Shown in pieces: positions 17,173-29,605 of a DNA stretch of 64,000 bases. The notes beneath the pieces are model-generated. The model worked only from the letters and a program-made list of their open reading frames with translations, was not told where the DNA came from and did not search any database. Position 1 is the first letter of the stretch. Each line of letters opens with the position of its first letter. The translations under genes were made by a program, and so were the position numbers. Origin of the DNA: the human T2T-CHM13v2.0 reference genome, Homo sapiens. Location of the stretch: assembly GCF_009914755.1 (NCBI RefSeq), contig NC_060928.1; one strand, 5' to 3'.

Positions 17173-18639
17173 AAGACTAGAAAGAGAGGAAAGAAGGAAG
17201 AGAGGAAGAAAAAGTGAGGAAGAAAAAGTAAGAAAAAAGAGAGGAAGAAAAGAGTAAACAGGATCATGGCCACTACTTTCGGCCATTAGGGCTGTTAACA
17301 GCAACTGTACAGTGTGTCATTTGGAAGATCATTTGCTAGGTGGCATTTGCTATGTGGTATATTCCAAAAAGAACCCCTCCTTTACACACTCATCAAAAAT
17401 AGTCTCTCCTCTTGGCCTCAACCTACGCAGATGCATTTTGTGCTCTGCACAGAGGTGCTTAATATAAAGGCATTTTCTGTGAAGTGGGGCCAAAAGTCAG
17501 CTCAGGCTCTCCTATCCCAGTACGTTGTGTGAGGCTGCTTCAGGCTGGAATCAGGGGCCACTGGAGAAGGCATTTGGTCATTCCTGTGAAAGCCCAGGGT
17601 CTGCTCCTTCTTTCTGCTCACTTGCTCTGTGTCTGCGCCCTTCCCTACTGGGGCCTGCACTACTCACATCAAAGAAAATTGATTTGAGCTGACAAAACAA
17701 AACAAAAAAACAAACAAACAAAAAACCCAGGGATACCCCTTCTGGAATGTATTGCAAAATTACACTCATTTATCTTTTCGTTAAAGGGATCTATATTAAC
17801 ATCAGATCCTAACATTGTTTACATTTGGACAGTAGGTCTTGCTTTTGAGCAGAGATATATCTGCTTCCACCACCATACCCTTTCGAATTTCATTCCAAAT
17901 GCATTTTGTTATTCCCGTATAATCATAATCATAAAGCACCATCCAAAAGAAAAGACAAATAACAGAGAGAAGAGATTCCTGTGTGTTATGTCTAGGCTGA
18001 CAACGGAAACCTCTGTGACCCTGGTACGTCATTTGCTTTGCTATACACTCAGTTCTCCGTTTGTAAATTGAGTTTTGCTTTTTTTTTGTTTAACTTTAAG
18101 GACCTCTTGAGTGCTAATATTTGTGTCGCACAATATGCCAGTTCCAAGGAGGGAGAAGGAAAAAAGAAACAGCCTATGGAAGCAGCATGAGCTTCCAGAT
18201 CTAATAAATTCAAATAAAGTTCATGGTTTATAAGGCAGGGGTTAGTATATAATTTATCTTCTAAAAGAATATGAAATTAAAGTATAATAATAATAAAAAA
18301 GGTAAACTTCAAAAAAAGATTTCACATCAAAAAAAGAATATGAAAATAAAATATTGAGAGAAAAAGAAGAGATAAAATAACATAATTAATTGAAATATTT
18401 AAATTGGTTTCATGTTATAGTAAGACCTTTAAAATTGATATGTTCAAAATTATTTTCAAAAATATAAAATTCTTTAGAAAATTTTAATAAAATTTTGTAG
18501 AGTACAGCCAATTAGAAAAACTATTTACATTAATGATTCAGCTATGTAATGTATGTATGTATGTATGTAATGTAATGTATGTATTTACATACATTCAGCT
18601 ATGTAAAATAGCTGAAGCAGAAAAATTATTTTTATCAGA

Positions 18640-21130
18640 TGATAGGGTAGTTCAATTTTTAATTTTTTGAGAAAGCTCGATATTATTTCCTATAGTGGCT
18701 GTACCATTTATATTCCCACCAATAATGTATTAAGGTTTCCTTATCTTCACATCCTCTCAAATATTTGTTAAATTTTGTTTTTATTTTTGATAGTAGCCAT
18801 ACTAACAGTTGTGAGGTGATGTCTCATTATGTTTTACATGCATTTCTCTGATAATTAGTGATTCTGAGCTCCCTGTCGTATACCTGATGGTCATTTGAAT
18901 GTCTTCTTTGGAGTAATGTCTACTCAAGTCCTTTGCCTTTTTTTAATTTTATGGGTATTTTTGTTTACTATGTATAATTTAAATTAATTTAATTAAATTA
19001 TTTTATTTAGGAACTACTTATATATTTTGGACATTAATCCCTTGTCATTTAGGTAGTTTGAAAATATATTTGCATATTCCTTAGGTTATGTTTTCACTCT
19101 GATGAGTCTTGTCTTTGCTATGCAGCAGCTTTTTAATTTACTACAGTCCCATGTGTCTATTTTTGGTTTTGTTGCCTGTGCTTTTGGTGTCAAATCCAAG
19201 AAATCATTGCCAAGACCAGTGTCAGCAAATGTTTCCCTATGATTTGAGGAGTTTTACAGTTTTAAGTCTTATGTTCAAGTCTTACACCATTTGAGTTGAT
19301 TTTTCTGTATAGTATAAGATGGGGATCTAATTTTATTCTTTTGTATGTGAATATCTAGTTTTCCCAACACCACTTGTTGAAGAGATTGTCCTTTCTCCAT
19401 TGTGTATCATTGACATTCTAGTTGAAGATCAGTTGATTGTATATGTGTGGGTTTATTTCTGGGCTCTCTATTCTGTTCCATTTATATATGGGTCTGTCTA
19501 TATACCAGTACCATACTATTTTAATAACCGTAGCTTTGCAATATATTTTGAAAGCATGAAGCATGATGCATCCAGCTTTGTTCTTTCTCAAGATTGCTTT
19601 GCCTATTTGGGGTCTTTTGTGGTTTCATATACATTTTAAGACTGTATTTGCTGTTTTTATAGAAAATGCCATTGGAATTTTAATTGAGATCATATTGAAT
19701 CTGTAGATTGCTTTGGGTAGTATTGACATTTTAACTATATTAATCATTCTAAACTAAGTATGGGATGTCTTTTCATTTATTTGTATCACCTCAAACTCTT
19801 TCAAGAAACTGAAGAGGAAGGAACACTTCCAAACTGAATATTACCTTAATGCCAAAGTCAGACAAAGATGCTGCAAGAAAAGAAAATCACAGGCCAATAT
19901 TCTTGATGAACATACATGCCAAAATTCTCAAAAAAATACTAGCAAATAAATGAATCAATACATTAAAAGGGTCATACACCATGTATTAGGGCTCTCTAGA
20001 GGGACAGGACTAATAGGATAGATGTATAATTAAGGCATATGGGCTCACATCAGTGAAGGTGAGGTGAAGTCCACAATAGGACATCTGCAAGCTGAGGAGC
20101 AAGGAAGCCAGTCCAAGTCCCAAAACTTCAGAAGTAGGGAAGCCAACAGCGCAGCCTTCTTTCTATGGCTGAGGGCCTGAGAGCCCCTGGCAAACCACTA
20201 GTGTAGTTCCAAGAATCCAAAAGCTGAAGAACTTGGAGTCCGATGTTCCAGAGCAGAAAGCATCCAGCACAGGAGAAAGATCTAGGCTGGAAGACTCAGG
20301 CAGTCTAGTCCTTTCAAGTTCTTCTGCCTGATTTTATTCCAGCCACACTGGCACCTGATTAGATGGTGCCCACCCAGTTTGAGGGTAAGTCTGCCTCTCC
20401 CGGTCCACTGATTAACAAAGGATGTTAATCATCTTTGTCAACACCATCACAGACACACCCAGGAACAATAATCTGCATCCTTCAATCCAATCAGATTGAC
20501 AATATTAATCATTACACACCAGGATCAAGTGGGATTTATCCCTAGAAAGCCAGGATGGTTCAACACCTGATGCAAATCAATAAATATGACACCCCATTTT
20601 AACAGAATAAAAGATAAAAAACATGATCATTTCACTAAGTGCAGAAAAAGCTTTTGACAAAATTTGATAATTCATGATAAAAAACACTCAAAAATTTAGG
20701 GATAGAAAGAATAAAGTACATGCTTATTGCTATAGAACTATAATTGGTGTAGAAAGAATGTGCTTTCATTCTTTCTATAATTTCATAATAAAGGCTATAT
20801 GTAATAAGCCCAGAGCTGATATCATACTTATCAGTGAAAAACCAAAAGTATTTATGTCGTGAGCAAGACAATGATGCCCACTCTCACCATTTCTATTAAA
20901 TATAGGACTGGAAGTTTTTGTGAGGCAATTAGACAAGAAAAGGAAATAAAAGACATTAGAATCAGAAATGAAGTAAAATTGTCTCTGTTTGCAGATGGCA
21001 TGATTTTATATATATATAAAACTCTGAAGAGTCCACAAAAAACTTGTAAGAACTAAAAAAACAAATTCAGCAAAGTTGCAGCATATATAGTCAATATACA
21101 CAAATCAGGTTTGTTTCTATACACTAATAA
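18640..21130. mobile_element. Old L1 (L1M/L1MA-like) ORF2 remnant with an inversion: minus 18640-19790, plus 19790-21130
   Basis: Decayed ORF2 motifs ([32 protein letters not shown]). The strand switches at ~19790. Confidence 0.9.
19982..20516 (-). mobile_element. MLT2A (HERV-L) solo LTR inside the old L1
   Basis: 'tgtattagggctctctagagggacaggactaataggatag ... aatattaatcattaca'. Perfect 5-bp TSD cacca at 19977-19981 and 20517-20521. Confidence 0.92.
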
Positions 21131-23389
21131 TAGCGTTACTCCAAAAATACTTTATTCATTCATTTATTAAAACTTACGACATTGCAATAGAATTATTTAT
21201 CTTATTTTCAGCACTGTAAGGTAAGAATGCTAGGAGTGGCCAGAAGCACAGCATATAAAAAGGGCAGAAAAAGTGTTTACTGATTAGACAGAGGAAGGGT
21301 AATTATTCAGTTGGTTTGCACTGATACAGTTGTAAGAGTTATTAACATATTGATGTCTAGGTGTACTGGTTGTTAACAGACCACGTAATTCCCTATGTGC
21401 CTTCCTGCTGCTTTGGTCACCCAAACCCATCCCTCTGCATACTTGGTACCTCCCATAATCTAGCAACTAAGGGATTACTTGGGGAGGGAGGAAAGGGAAG
21501 AACAACAGGCTGATAAATATTTCAACTGTATCATGTGGGCAGACAGGATTATGGACATATGGATGGGTAGACGTAGATATGGATGTATGGATGGATGGAA
21601 TTCTGAAAACCCTACTTTGTGCGACTCTATATCTAATTGTAAATTCAGGATTTCATTTCTTGCTGCCACAACAAAATCACAATTATCTGCATCAGGTACA
21701 ACACGGAAACATTAAACTATGGGATTCAGAATTATTATTTCAAGAAGCTCCAAGAAAAATAAAGAGGTTGATGGGGAAGACATTTCAGAGGAAAAAAAAA
21801 ACAACTCTTGACTTTGTTTTCCTGTTGGAGAACATGTATTCTTTAATGATACTATTTTTTGTTCTACATAAAACAATTCATTTTAAAAGAAATATTTCAC
21901 ACCAAAATAGTACATTATTTTTCCCTGCATTTGTTGTTATTTGATTTCAAGAGTGCCATATTATTCAGCATTAATGTGATCCTTTCTGTAAACAAACAAC
22001 AGCAAAGTAAAGAAAATAAAATTACTTCCTTTTCTGATGATTAGGGCATATATGTGAATAATACTCCATTTTGCAAATCATAATGCTTTGTCATTTTACT
22101 AGAAATCTAACAAATGCTTTTTTCACAAACTTATGTTTCAGAAATCCATTTATAGTATAATTGAATTCTCTCTCCAGGAAGTATGGTCTATAACTTTGAT
22201 GAGGAGACTTATTTTGAAAATGTTTGTATAATACTATTTAAATATAAAGTTGATTATTTAACTTCAATATTTAACATGTTTATTCAGCTGTTAATCTAAT
22301 TGCTTTATAAAGAGTGGGTTAATCTGCTCATTGTCTGAGTGGTACATACCAGTCTGTGTAAACAGTGAGTTGTGCATAGATCTGTGCTAAAGGAAAAACA
22401 GCATATTCACTATTGGGGGAATATATGTGTATATGTGCGATGTCTCTGAGTATCTACTTGGGAAAGAGAAAGAAGGATTAACTTTGAGCCTAAATATTTT
22501 AAATTCTTATAACTGTTTAAAAATGCAATGAACCCAACAAAATCAAGCAATACGCAATTCTGTTTCCCTTCAGAAGTATTTCTGGTAGTCTGGCTGGCGG
22601 CATAAAAAATATACATTTATTTTATAACCAAGGCAAGCAACAAACAAGAAAACAAATCTAAACAAACTTAAGGAGATACATTCACAACAATATAATCTAT
22701 TAATTTACTGAGTCTATAATAAAGATGTTTAATGCACATAAAAAGCATTTCAGAATATTTCTACCACAAAATAACCAATAATAGCATGGTTAAACTATAC
22801 ATCTTTTTTCACACTCTTAGGAATAAGTTCTTAAATGTCTTTTTAAATTGTGCATTTAAAAAAATTGCTAGACTCATGAAGCACAAATGAGCAATCTAAA
22901 CTATCAATTAATCTGTACTCAATGGTTTTGTCACTGTGGATTTTACAGAAGAATGATTTTTATGTGGCAACAACAGAACAGGTTTCAAAGAGCAACAGTG
23001 AAAGATAATTCTAATAAACTCTCATGTTTCTTATAATTTACTGGAATGTTCAAATTCCTAAATTATGTAGAATTACCTTTGTCTGAGAAAGTAACAAGAT
23101 CTTAACCATCTGCTTCAAAGCACTTCGTGATTTGTTAATCGAAAGTCTGTAAGTAACTTTTAGCAAACAAAATTTTTTTTTTGGTTTGTTTGTTTTAAAC
23201 TAACTTCTGTGTATTACAGCTAGCTGAGTTAATTTTGAGGAAGTACATTGAGCTGTTTTTATGCAATTTTCCTCTTTTTATTTAAATAAAAATAGTATTT
23301 CCTTTGTATTCTCCACTATGCTGAATGGACAATAAGTATCTTGATAATTTATATGAATTTAGTTTTTCAAAATGTTCTTGTTATAAAAT

Positions 23390-24730
23390 CACTTCATTTA
23401 TTCAACAAACACTATTTACAATGTGTCAGACCCTAGGCAGAAACTTTCCCTTTTCTCATTAAAATTTAAATATGAGGGTTGAGGCACAAATAATTGAACA
23501 AATAACACAATAGTTTAAAACATATATTAAGTAGAGTTTAAAAGGATAAACCTCGGTGCTAAAAAATCCATACATGAGATCTATAATCTCCTTAAGGTAG
23601 GAGGAGGTAATGGAAGGCTGTAATGGCATTTTTTTTCTAGATAAAGTCACATCTGTGTTGAAGACTATTTAATAACAGGAGCCACTCTGGAAGAGACAGA
23701 GTTTTATCAAAGAGTATAGGCTAGAAGTATCAAGAGAGAGGAAAAATGATGAAGAGATGGATGTAGAATGGTACACAGGATACCAATTTTGAAAAGATTT
23801 CTAAACACATTAAGAAATTTAATTTTTTTCAATAATAATAATGGAAAAGCAAAGATTGATTTTATTTAGGATAGTAAAATTGTTAGATGTATATTTTAGA
23901 AACATTCTGAATAAATTTCAGTGACACTGGCAGTGGAATTTTTGTAGATCATTTTATTTGACCCCGGAGGAGAATTAAACATAATGAACAGTGACATCAG
24001 ACTCAGCCAGTTTAAGGAGAAGCAGTGAATGTGTGGCTTCCAAGCAGAAGCTGTATGTGCCACTATGGGGTTATATTATCTTTCTTTTACCTCAATTTCA
24101 GACAGAAGACACTTTTTGAGCTTGGATACCAAATGAAGAAGTCATAAAACAAAGACAAAGCTGACCTGTGAGGGAGAACAATGTAAGAAAGACATAAATC
24201 TTACTTGTAAGACACAAAGATTTGGGGCAGTTGCAACACCTAAGTTAGTAAGAGCCCGCTAAAATAGAGGTGGGCAAGATGCTTGGAGATCTGTTAAAAG
24301 ACTATGATAGTAACCAAGGCATAGAATGTTGATGACCTGGACTTCGGGAGTAGAGATGGGAGTGAAGAGAAATAAACAGGTTTGGCAGATAGGAAGTGAA
24401 AACAGGATTTGTAATTGTTGGAATGTGGAAGAGTGAAGGAAGGCTGACAGATATATGGATTAAAAAAAATAGGTGGACAATAGAGGATCCACACTTTTGG
24501 AATAAAGCAGAAGGACTAGGATAACGGTGAGAAAGATGCCCTAAGTCATGCTGTTGAACCTACTTGCCTATCTCTGGGATTTGTTCTTGCCATTTCCTCA
24601 GCCTGGAACAAGCTTCCTCCAGATAGTCACAGATGCTTTGTCATGTATTGCAGATTTCCAAATCTTTGGAGATGCTTTTTCTGACAGCCCAGTGTAAAAC
24701 GGTGGGCCACAGCCTCATTTTCTCAATAGC
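23390..24730. mobile_element. Patchwork of L2 fragments, with a probable MLT1 piece at ~23990-24250
   Basis: L2 3'-end motif 'ttcatttattcaacaaac' and diverged L2-like blocks. Confidence 0.5.
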
Positions 24731-24774
24731 ACTTATATTATATCATATCATATCATATTTATTTTATTATTCGG

Positions 24775-25046
24775 CAGTGGTGTCTGTCAGAATATAATGT
24801 GAGCCACATATGTAATTTTAAATTTTCTAATGGACCCATGAAAAGCTAAAAGAAGTTGACAATACTAATCTTATTAATATATTTCATCTGATCTAATCGG
24901 TCTAAAATATTTCAATATATAAATGTAAAATTATTAATAAAATATTTTACTTTTTGCTTTTTGTGTGAAATCTCAATTTGGATTAGCTATATTTCCATTT
25001 CTTAATTGTCATCTTTGGTTAGTGGCCACCACATTGGATAGGGCAG
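24775..25046 (-). mobile_element. MER33 (hAT-Charlie MITE)
   Basis: 'tataatgtgagccacatatgtaattttaaattttcta ... tagtggccaccacattggatagggcag'. Confidence 0.8.
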
Positions 25047-26619
25047 AATAAAGTACTAAATTGTCCTTTAATTATTGACTGCTTCCCCTAGGAGTGTGTT
25101 GGTTCTTCCTCAATGATACGAGAACTAACATACGTAACCTAAAGAAATAACTTTAGTAAGCACAAAACATTTTTTGAATTATTAAATGAATGAATATAAA
25201 ACTCAGGAAAAAAGCCTGGGCCAGATTTAAGGGAATCATCAGCAGAGTGATACTTTAATCCATAGATGAGAATGAGTTCATCTACAGTAAATGTGTGTAA
25301 TGAGCAGAAAAAATATTAAAAATTACCCTACAATAATTTTGAATAAATATTTCACACATTTTATATTGGCATCTAAAAATTTGTTATCACAGATTCAGTT
25401 GCAAATAATGAAATTACCAGCTGTTATAAATATTAACCTAAAAATTTAAATAAACTAAAATAAATATTAAGTATCAGCTATATTCGCCAACATTCATGTG
25501 TAAAACACATGAGCAATTTTTTCAAGTCAGATGCTATACATCATTCTTCAATCTATTGAAAGTTTCTTAAATTTATATTTTCATTCCATAATAAATTTTA
25601 TCTAACATCTTGAAAATGGATTATGTGTTAAAAATTTTAAGACAATTTAATTTGAGTAGAGGGCACAAATACCCAAGGAGAAGTATATTTTCCTAACACA
25701 GATCTTTAAAGATTTCATTGCTCAAAAGGAGAGATTTTAAAAGTACTATTGTCCCAAATCTGGTTGAGGATGAAATCTTACTGAATTATATAATGCACAA
25801 CCTCATTTTTGAGGAAAGAATATTGCTGATAAAATGTTCAAGCAAGACATAATTTGAGAAACATGTTACCCACCCAACAAATTGATTATTGCAGCCTAAA
25901 GGTCAAGAGTCTGGTATCTTTTAACCAAATATTTTCTTTTGTCTACAAAACTGTTAATCTTTTCCTATTAAATTTTTTTAAAAATAGTAAAAATTTGAAT
26001 TAGTCTACTAGTGGAATTACACCTTACATTTGAGATAGACACACAATTTCAGATGTTTTTTCACGTTAGTTTAAGAGCAGATATTATTTATACATTCTTA
26101 CACTTCCTGGTTATATAGCCAACAAACTCAGTGTAACATGATATAAATGAACCACTAAGATCAGAGAATTTAATTACATGCCCTTAAGGATCATTTGTTC
26201 TATCACTTCTGCCATACCAGAAATATTTTTAACTGCTCACACCTACCTGGAGAGCAGGAACCAACCTTGATTCACTTTATTTCCAGTTGATTTCATCTGC
26301 AGTACCTTTAGCCATGTGGTATTTCTCTTTCTGAGAATCTCTTGAGTTCCCCCAGTTTCCTGGTCTGCCAGGGAGAGATATTCTTAAATGCCTGTAAAAC
26401 AGGGGTGTTGTAGGACATAGAACAGATACTGTGCTAATTTCTTTATAGCCTTTTGTATGCTTTGTTTCTACAACATATTGGTTCCTCATAATGAACTTAT
26501 GATATCAAATTAAATAAAATGTATCTTTAAATAAAAAACGTGATCATGCTTTTTCCCCCAAACACGTTGTATGAAGGAGACACAATTGTAATGAGCTTAT
26601 CCAAACAGGTACATTGTCT

Positions 26620-26860
26620 TAAAATACTGCATGTTCTCACTCATAAGTGGGAGCTGAACAAAGAGAACACAAGGACACAGGGAGTGGAACATCACTCACT
26701 GAGGCCTGTTGGCGGGGGACTGCGGGGGGCGGGCATGTGGGGCTTAAAACCTAGATGATGGGTTGATAGGTGCAGCAAAGCACCATGACACATGTATACC
26801 CATGTAACAAACCTGCATGTTTTGTACATGTATCCCAGAACTTAAAAGTAAAAAAAAAAA
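26620..26860 (+). mobile_element. L1 3' end (L1PA8-10-like)
   Basis: 'ggggcttaaaacctagatgatgggttgataggtgcagcaaa' and poly-A tail. Confidence 0.9.
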
Positions 26861-27766
26861 TAGTAAAGAGAAAATGAAGTCTCAGTAAAGGAATTTTACA
26901 TAGTATGTGACCATTTTCAATAATTTTGCAGCTTAGGACAACTCATATATGTCACATTTTTTTGCAGAATGTATGTAGACTCTGCCACATTATTCATGTT
27001 TTGATTGTTCATGTATTTAAGAGAGTTAGAATTAGTAAAATTTAACTTCATGTCCATTAAAAATGGTAGCTATGATTTTTTTCAAAGGATTACACATTTT
27101 AAATCTCTCCTTTGAAATTCAATGGAATTAATTGCCCTTTAAAAGTACATGGAAATTCATTATTCATTATAAGGAACTCTAGTATTCTGCATGAAAACGT
27201 TCTATATAATATCTGTTTTCTCAGTCAGACAGTACAGGAAATTTCATGCATTTGTGGGTTCTGATGGCATGGATTCATTGGGCAAAGTATTCTGAAGAGT
27301 TCATTCTCTCACTCCCTCATTGCATCAGATGGTTACTCAGTGTTATTAATATTATCATTAATTTTGAGATAAGAGCTTAACAATAAAAAAATTCAGGAAA
27401 GATTTGATTTTAACTTGGCAATTATCATGGAAATTTAGGCTATTTCTTAATAGATACTTAAAGAAGGAGTTCATTCCTTCTCAAGTTAGAGTTATAAGTA
27501 GAGGCAGAAGGAAGAAAAAGGCTCTTTGTCTAAAAATAGATCCTTAAAAATAATTTCGTGATTAATAATCATAATTACTTTTCACCTAATTACCTTCTTA
27601 TTCTGCTGATCTTGAATTAAAGTCTATTTCTATAATGCATTTATTTTTGGACTAAAATATTCCAAGAAATCTTACATTTTAAAAGCTTTGGTGAAATCTC
27701 ACAGTAATAATGTCAACTTAAAATAGAATCCTTAGAACTGAATTACCTGGTAGTGTCAACAGAAAA

Positions 27767-27996
27767 AAGTTATCCTTCCATATACATGGGGGATTGGTTC
27801 CAGGACCCGGCGTACCCTGAAATCCACCTGTACTCAAGTTCTGCAGTCTCCTTTGCAGAACCGGCAAACAGGAAAAGTTGGCCCTCCAAATATGGATTTT
27901 GAATCCCATGAATACTGTATTTTTGATTTACATTTGTTTGAAAAAAATCCTGCATATAAAGGTGGGGGGCACACAGTTCCATCCTGTATCAGTTGT
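27767..27996 (-). mobile_element. MER8 (Tigger2-derived MITE)
   Basis: 'gggggattggttccaggaccc' and 'gaatactgtatttttgat'. Confidence 0.8.
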
Positions 27997-28689
27997 ACCT
28001 GATACATTTGTTTTCACTGAGATTCTGAAAGTGACCTTTTGGTGCTTCACATAGAAAAATGTGGTTTTTAGAAGGGGGTCTGCAAGCAAATTGTAAAGCA
28101 AAGCAAGCCACGTGTTGACAAAACTAAATGGCTTTGGTTAAATTATTTAAAAATACCAAAACAGAGGAGAGTGGAATTTCCCATCAGGATGCAATACATA
28201 AGCAAATGAACCCACCCATAATTACTTAATAAGGATTTGGTCAATGATTGACATGAAGTAAAGACTGCATTGTGGACATTGAAGGCACTGATGTACGAAC
28301 ATTTATCTGGTAAACTTTGTGTCATAACACCTTCAATTGTCAAGGATATTTTAAATGTGGAAAAAAAGTCATCTTAGGAGAAATATTTTTGACAGTGTCA
28401 GCATTTATAATAAATATGAATGTGATTCTATACATTCCTAAAATGTATACAATATGTCTTCATTATAGGAAAGTAGGTCAGTTTCAGGACAGATTGAATC
28501 CTTTCTTTTTATTTTGACAGCACCCCCGTGAAATATCCCCATATGGTAAACCTGATAAACAGAGTACCTTATTTTCAAGCTAATTAAGAAAACATGAGAC
28601 ATAGCAATAATGCCTAATTACTGCAGCATCCCTATATCCCCCCCATCTCAGTGGAAAGTCTTAATTAAAGATATAAGGAAGCAAGCCCT

Positions 28690-28708
28690 TGATGCCACCT
28701 GGTGGTCA
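28690..28708 (-). promoter_or_regulatory. Candidate CTCF site TGACCACCAGGTGGCATCA
   Basis: Matches the CCASYAGRKGGC core exactly. Motif match only. Confidence 0.55.
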
Positions 28709-28934
28709 TCTAAGCAGCACCAAAGCTGGTTCTGGTGTGTAAAACCTTGTCCTTTTCATTGACTCCAAATTTCAGGCTTGCTCCTGGGGAAAAGATATAT
28801 CAAAAAGAGTATTCAGATAAGAACACAAGAGCCCAAGAAGGAAATATGGCCACAACTTTGGCTTTTATTAACAAAAATAAAATTACTCTAAGCATCATAA
28901 CAGGATGATAAAATAATGCTAGGAGAATTTTAAG

Positions 28935-29459
28935 TTAATTTTTATTATATATTTTTGAGGTATACAACATGAGATTTTGATATAAATAGTAAAATGATTA
29001 CACAGTCAAACAAATTTACATACCTATCACCTTCCATAGTTACCTTTTGTGTCTGTGTTATGAGCACTTAAAATCTACTCTCTTAGCAAATTTTCAGTAC
29101 ACGACGATACAATCTTATTATCTTCAGTCCTCATGCTACACATTAGACTTCTAGGCTTATCCTGCCTAACAGCAAATATATAACCTTTGACCTACTTCCC
29201 TCTACACCATCATTCTACTTCCTGTTTCTATGTATTTGACTTTTTAAAAGGATTCTGCGTACAAGTGAGATCACACACTACTTTTTCTTTCTGTGTTTGT
29301 ATCATTTCATTTAGAATAATGTCCTCTAGTTTTATTCATGTTGGCACAAATGGCAGTATCTCTTTTCCAAGGCTGAATAGTATTCCATTGCGGGTATACA
29401 TGTACAGATATATACACACACCCATACACATACACAATGTAGAATATATACACACACAA

Positions 29460-29501
<42 letters not shown>

Positions 29502-29512
29502 TATATATACAC

Positions 29513-29579
<67 letters not shown>

Positions 29580-29605
29580 TGCCACTATTTCTCTATCCAT
29601 TTATC
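28935..29605 (-). mobile_element. L1MA (L1MA8/9-like) 3' end
   Basis: 'cacttaaaatctactctcttagcaaattttcagtac' and 'ggctgaatagtattccattg'. Confidence 0.85.
29460..29577. repeat. Compound (TA)n/(CA)n microsatellite
   Basis: Seen directly in the sequence. Confidence 0.98.

Noticed and set aside
17250-17730. GC-richer block ending in an A-rich tail, as a processed pseudogene
   Set aside because: No poly(A) signal, TSD or recognisable ORF.
18640-29605. L1MA 3' end at 28935-29605 as the missing end of the L1 at 18640
   Set aside because: Consensus positions roughly fit, but the piece lies on the wrong side for a minus-strand element and there is no shared TSD.
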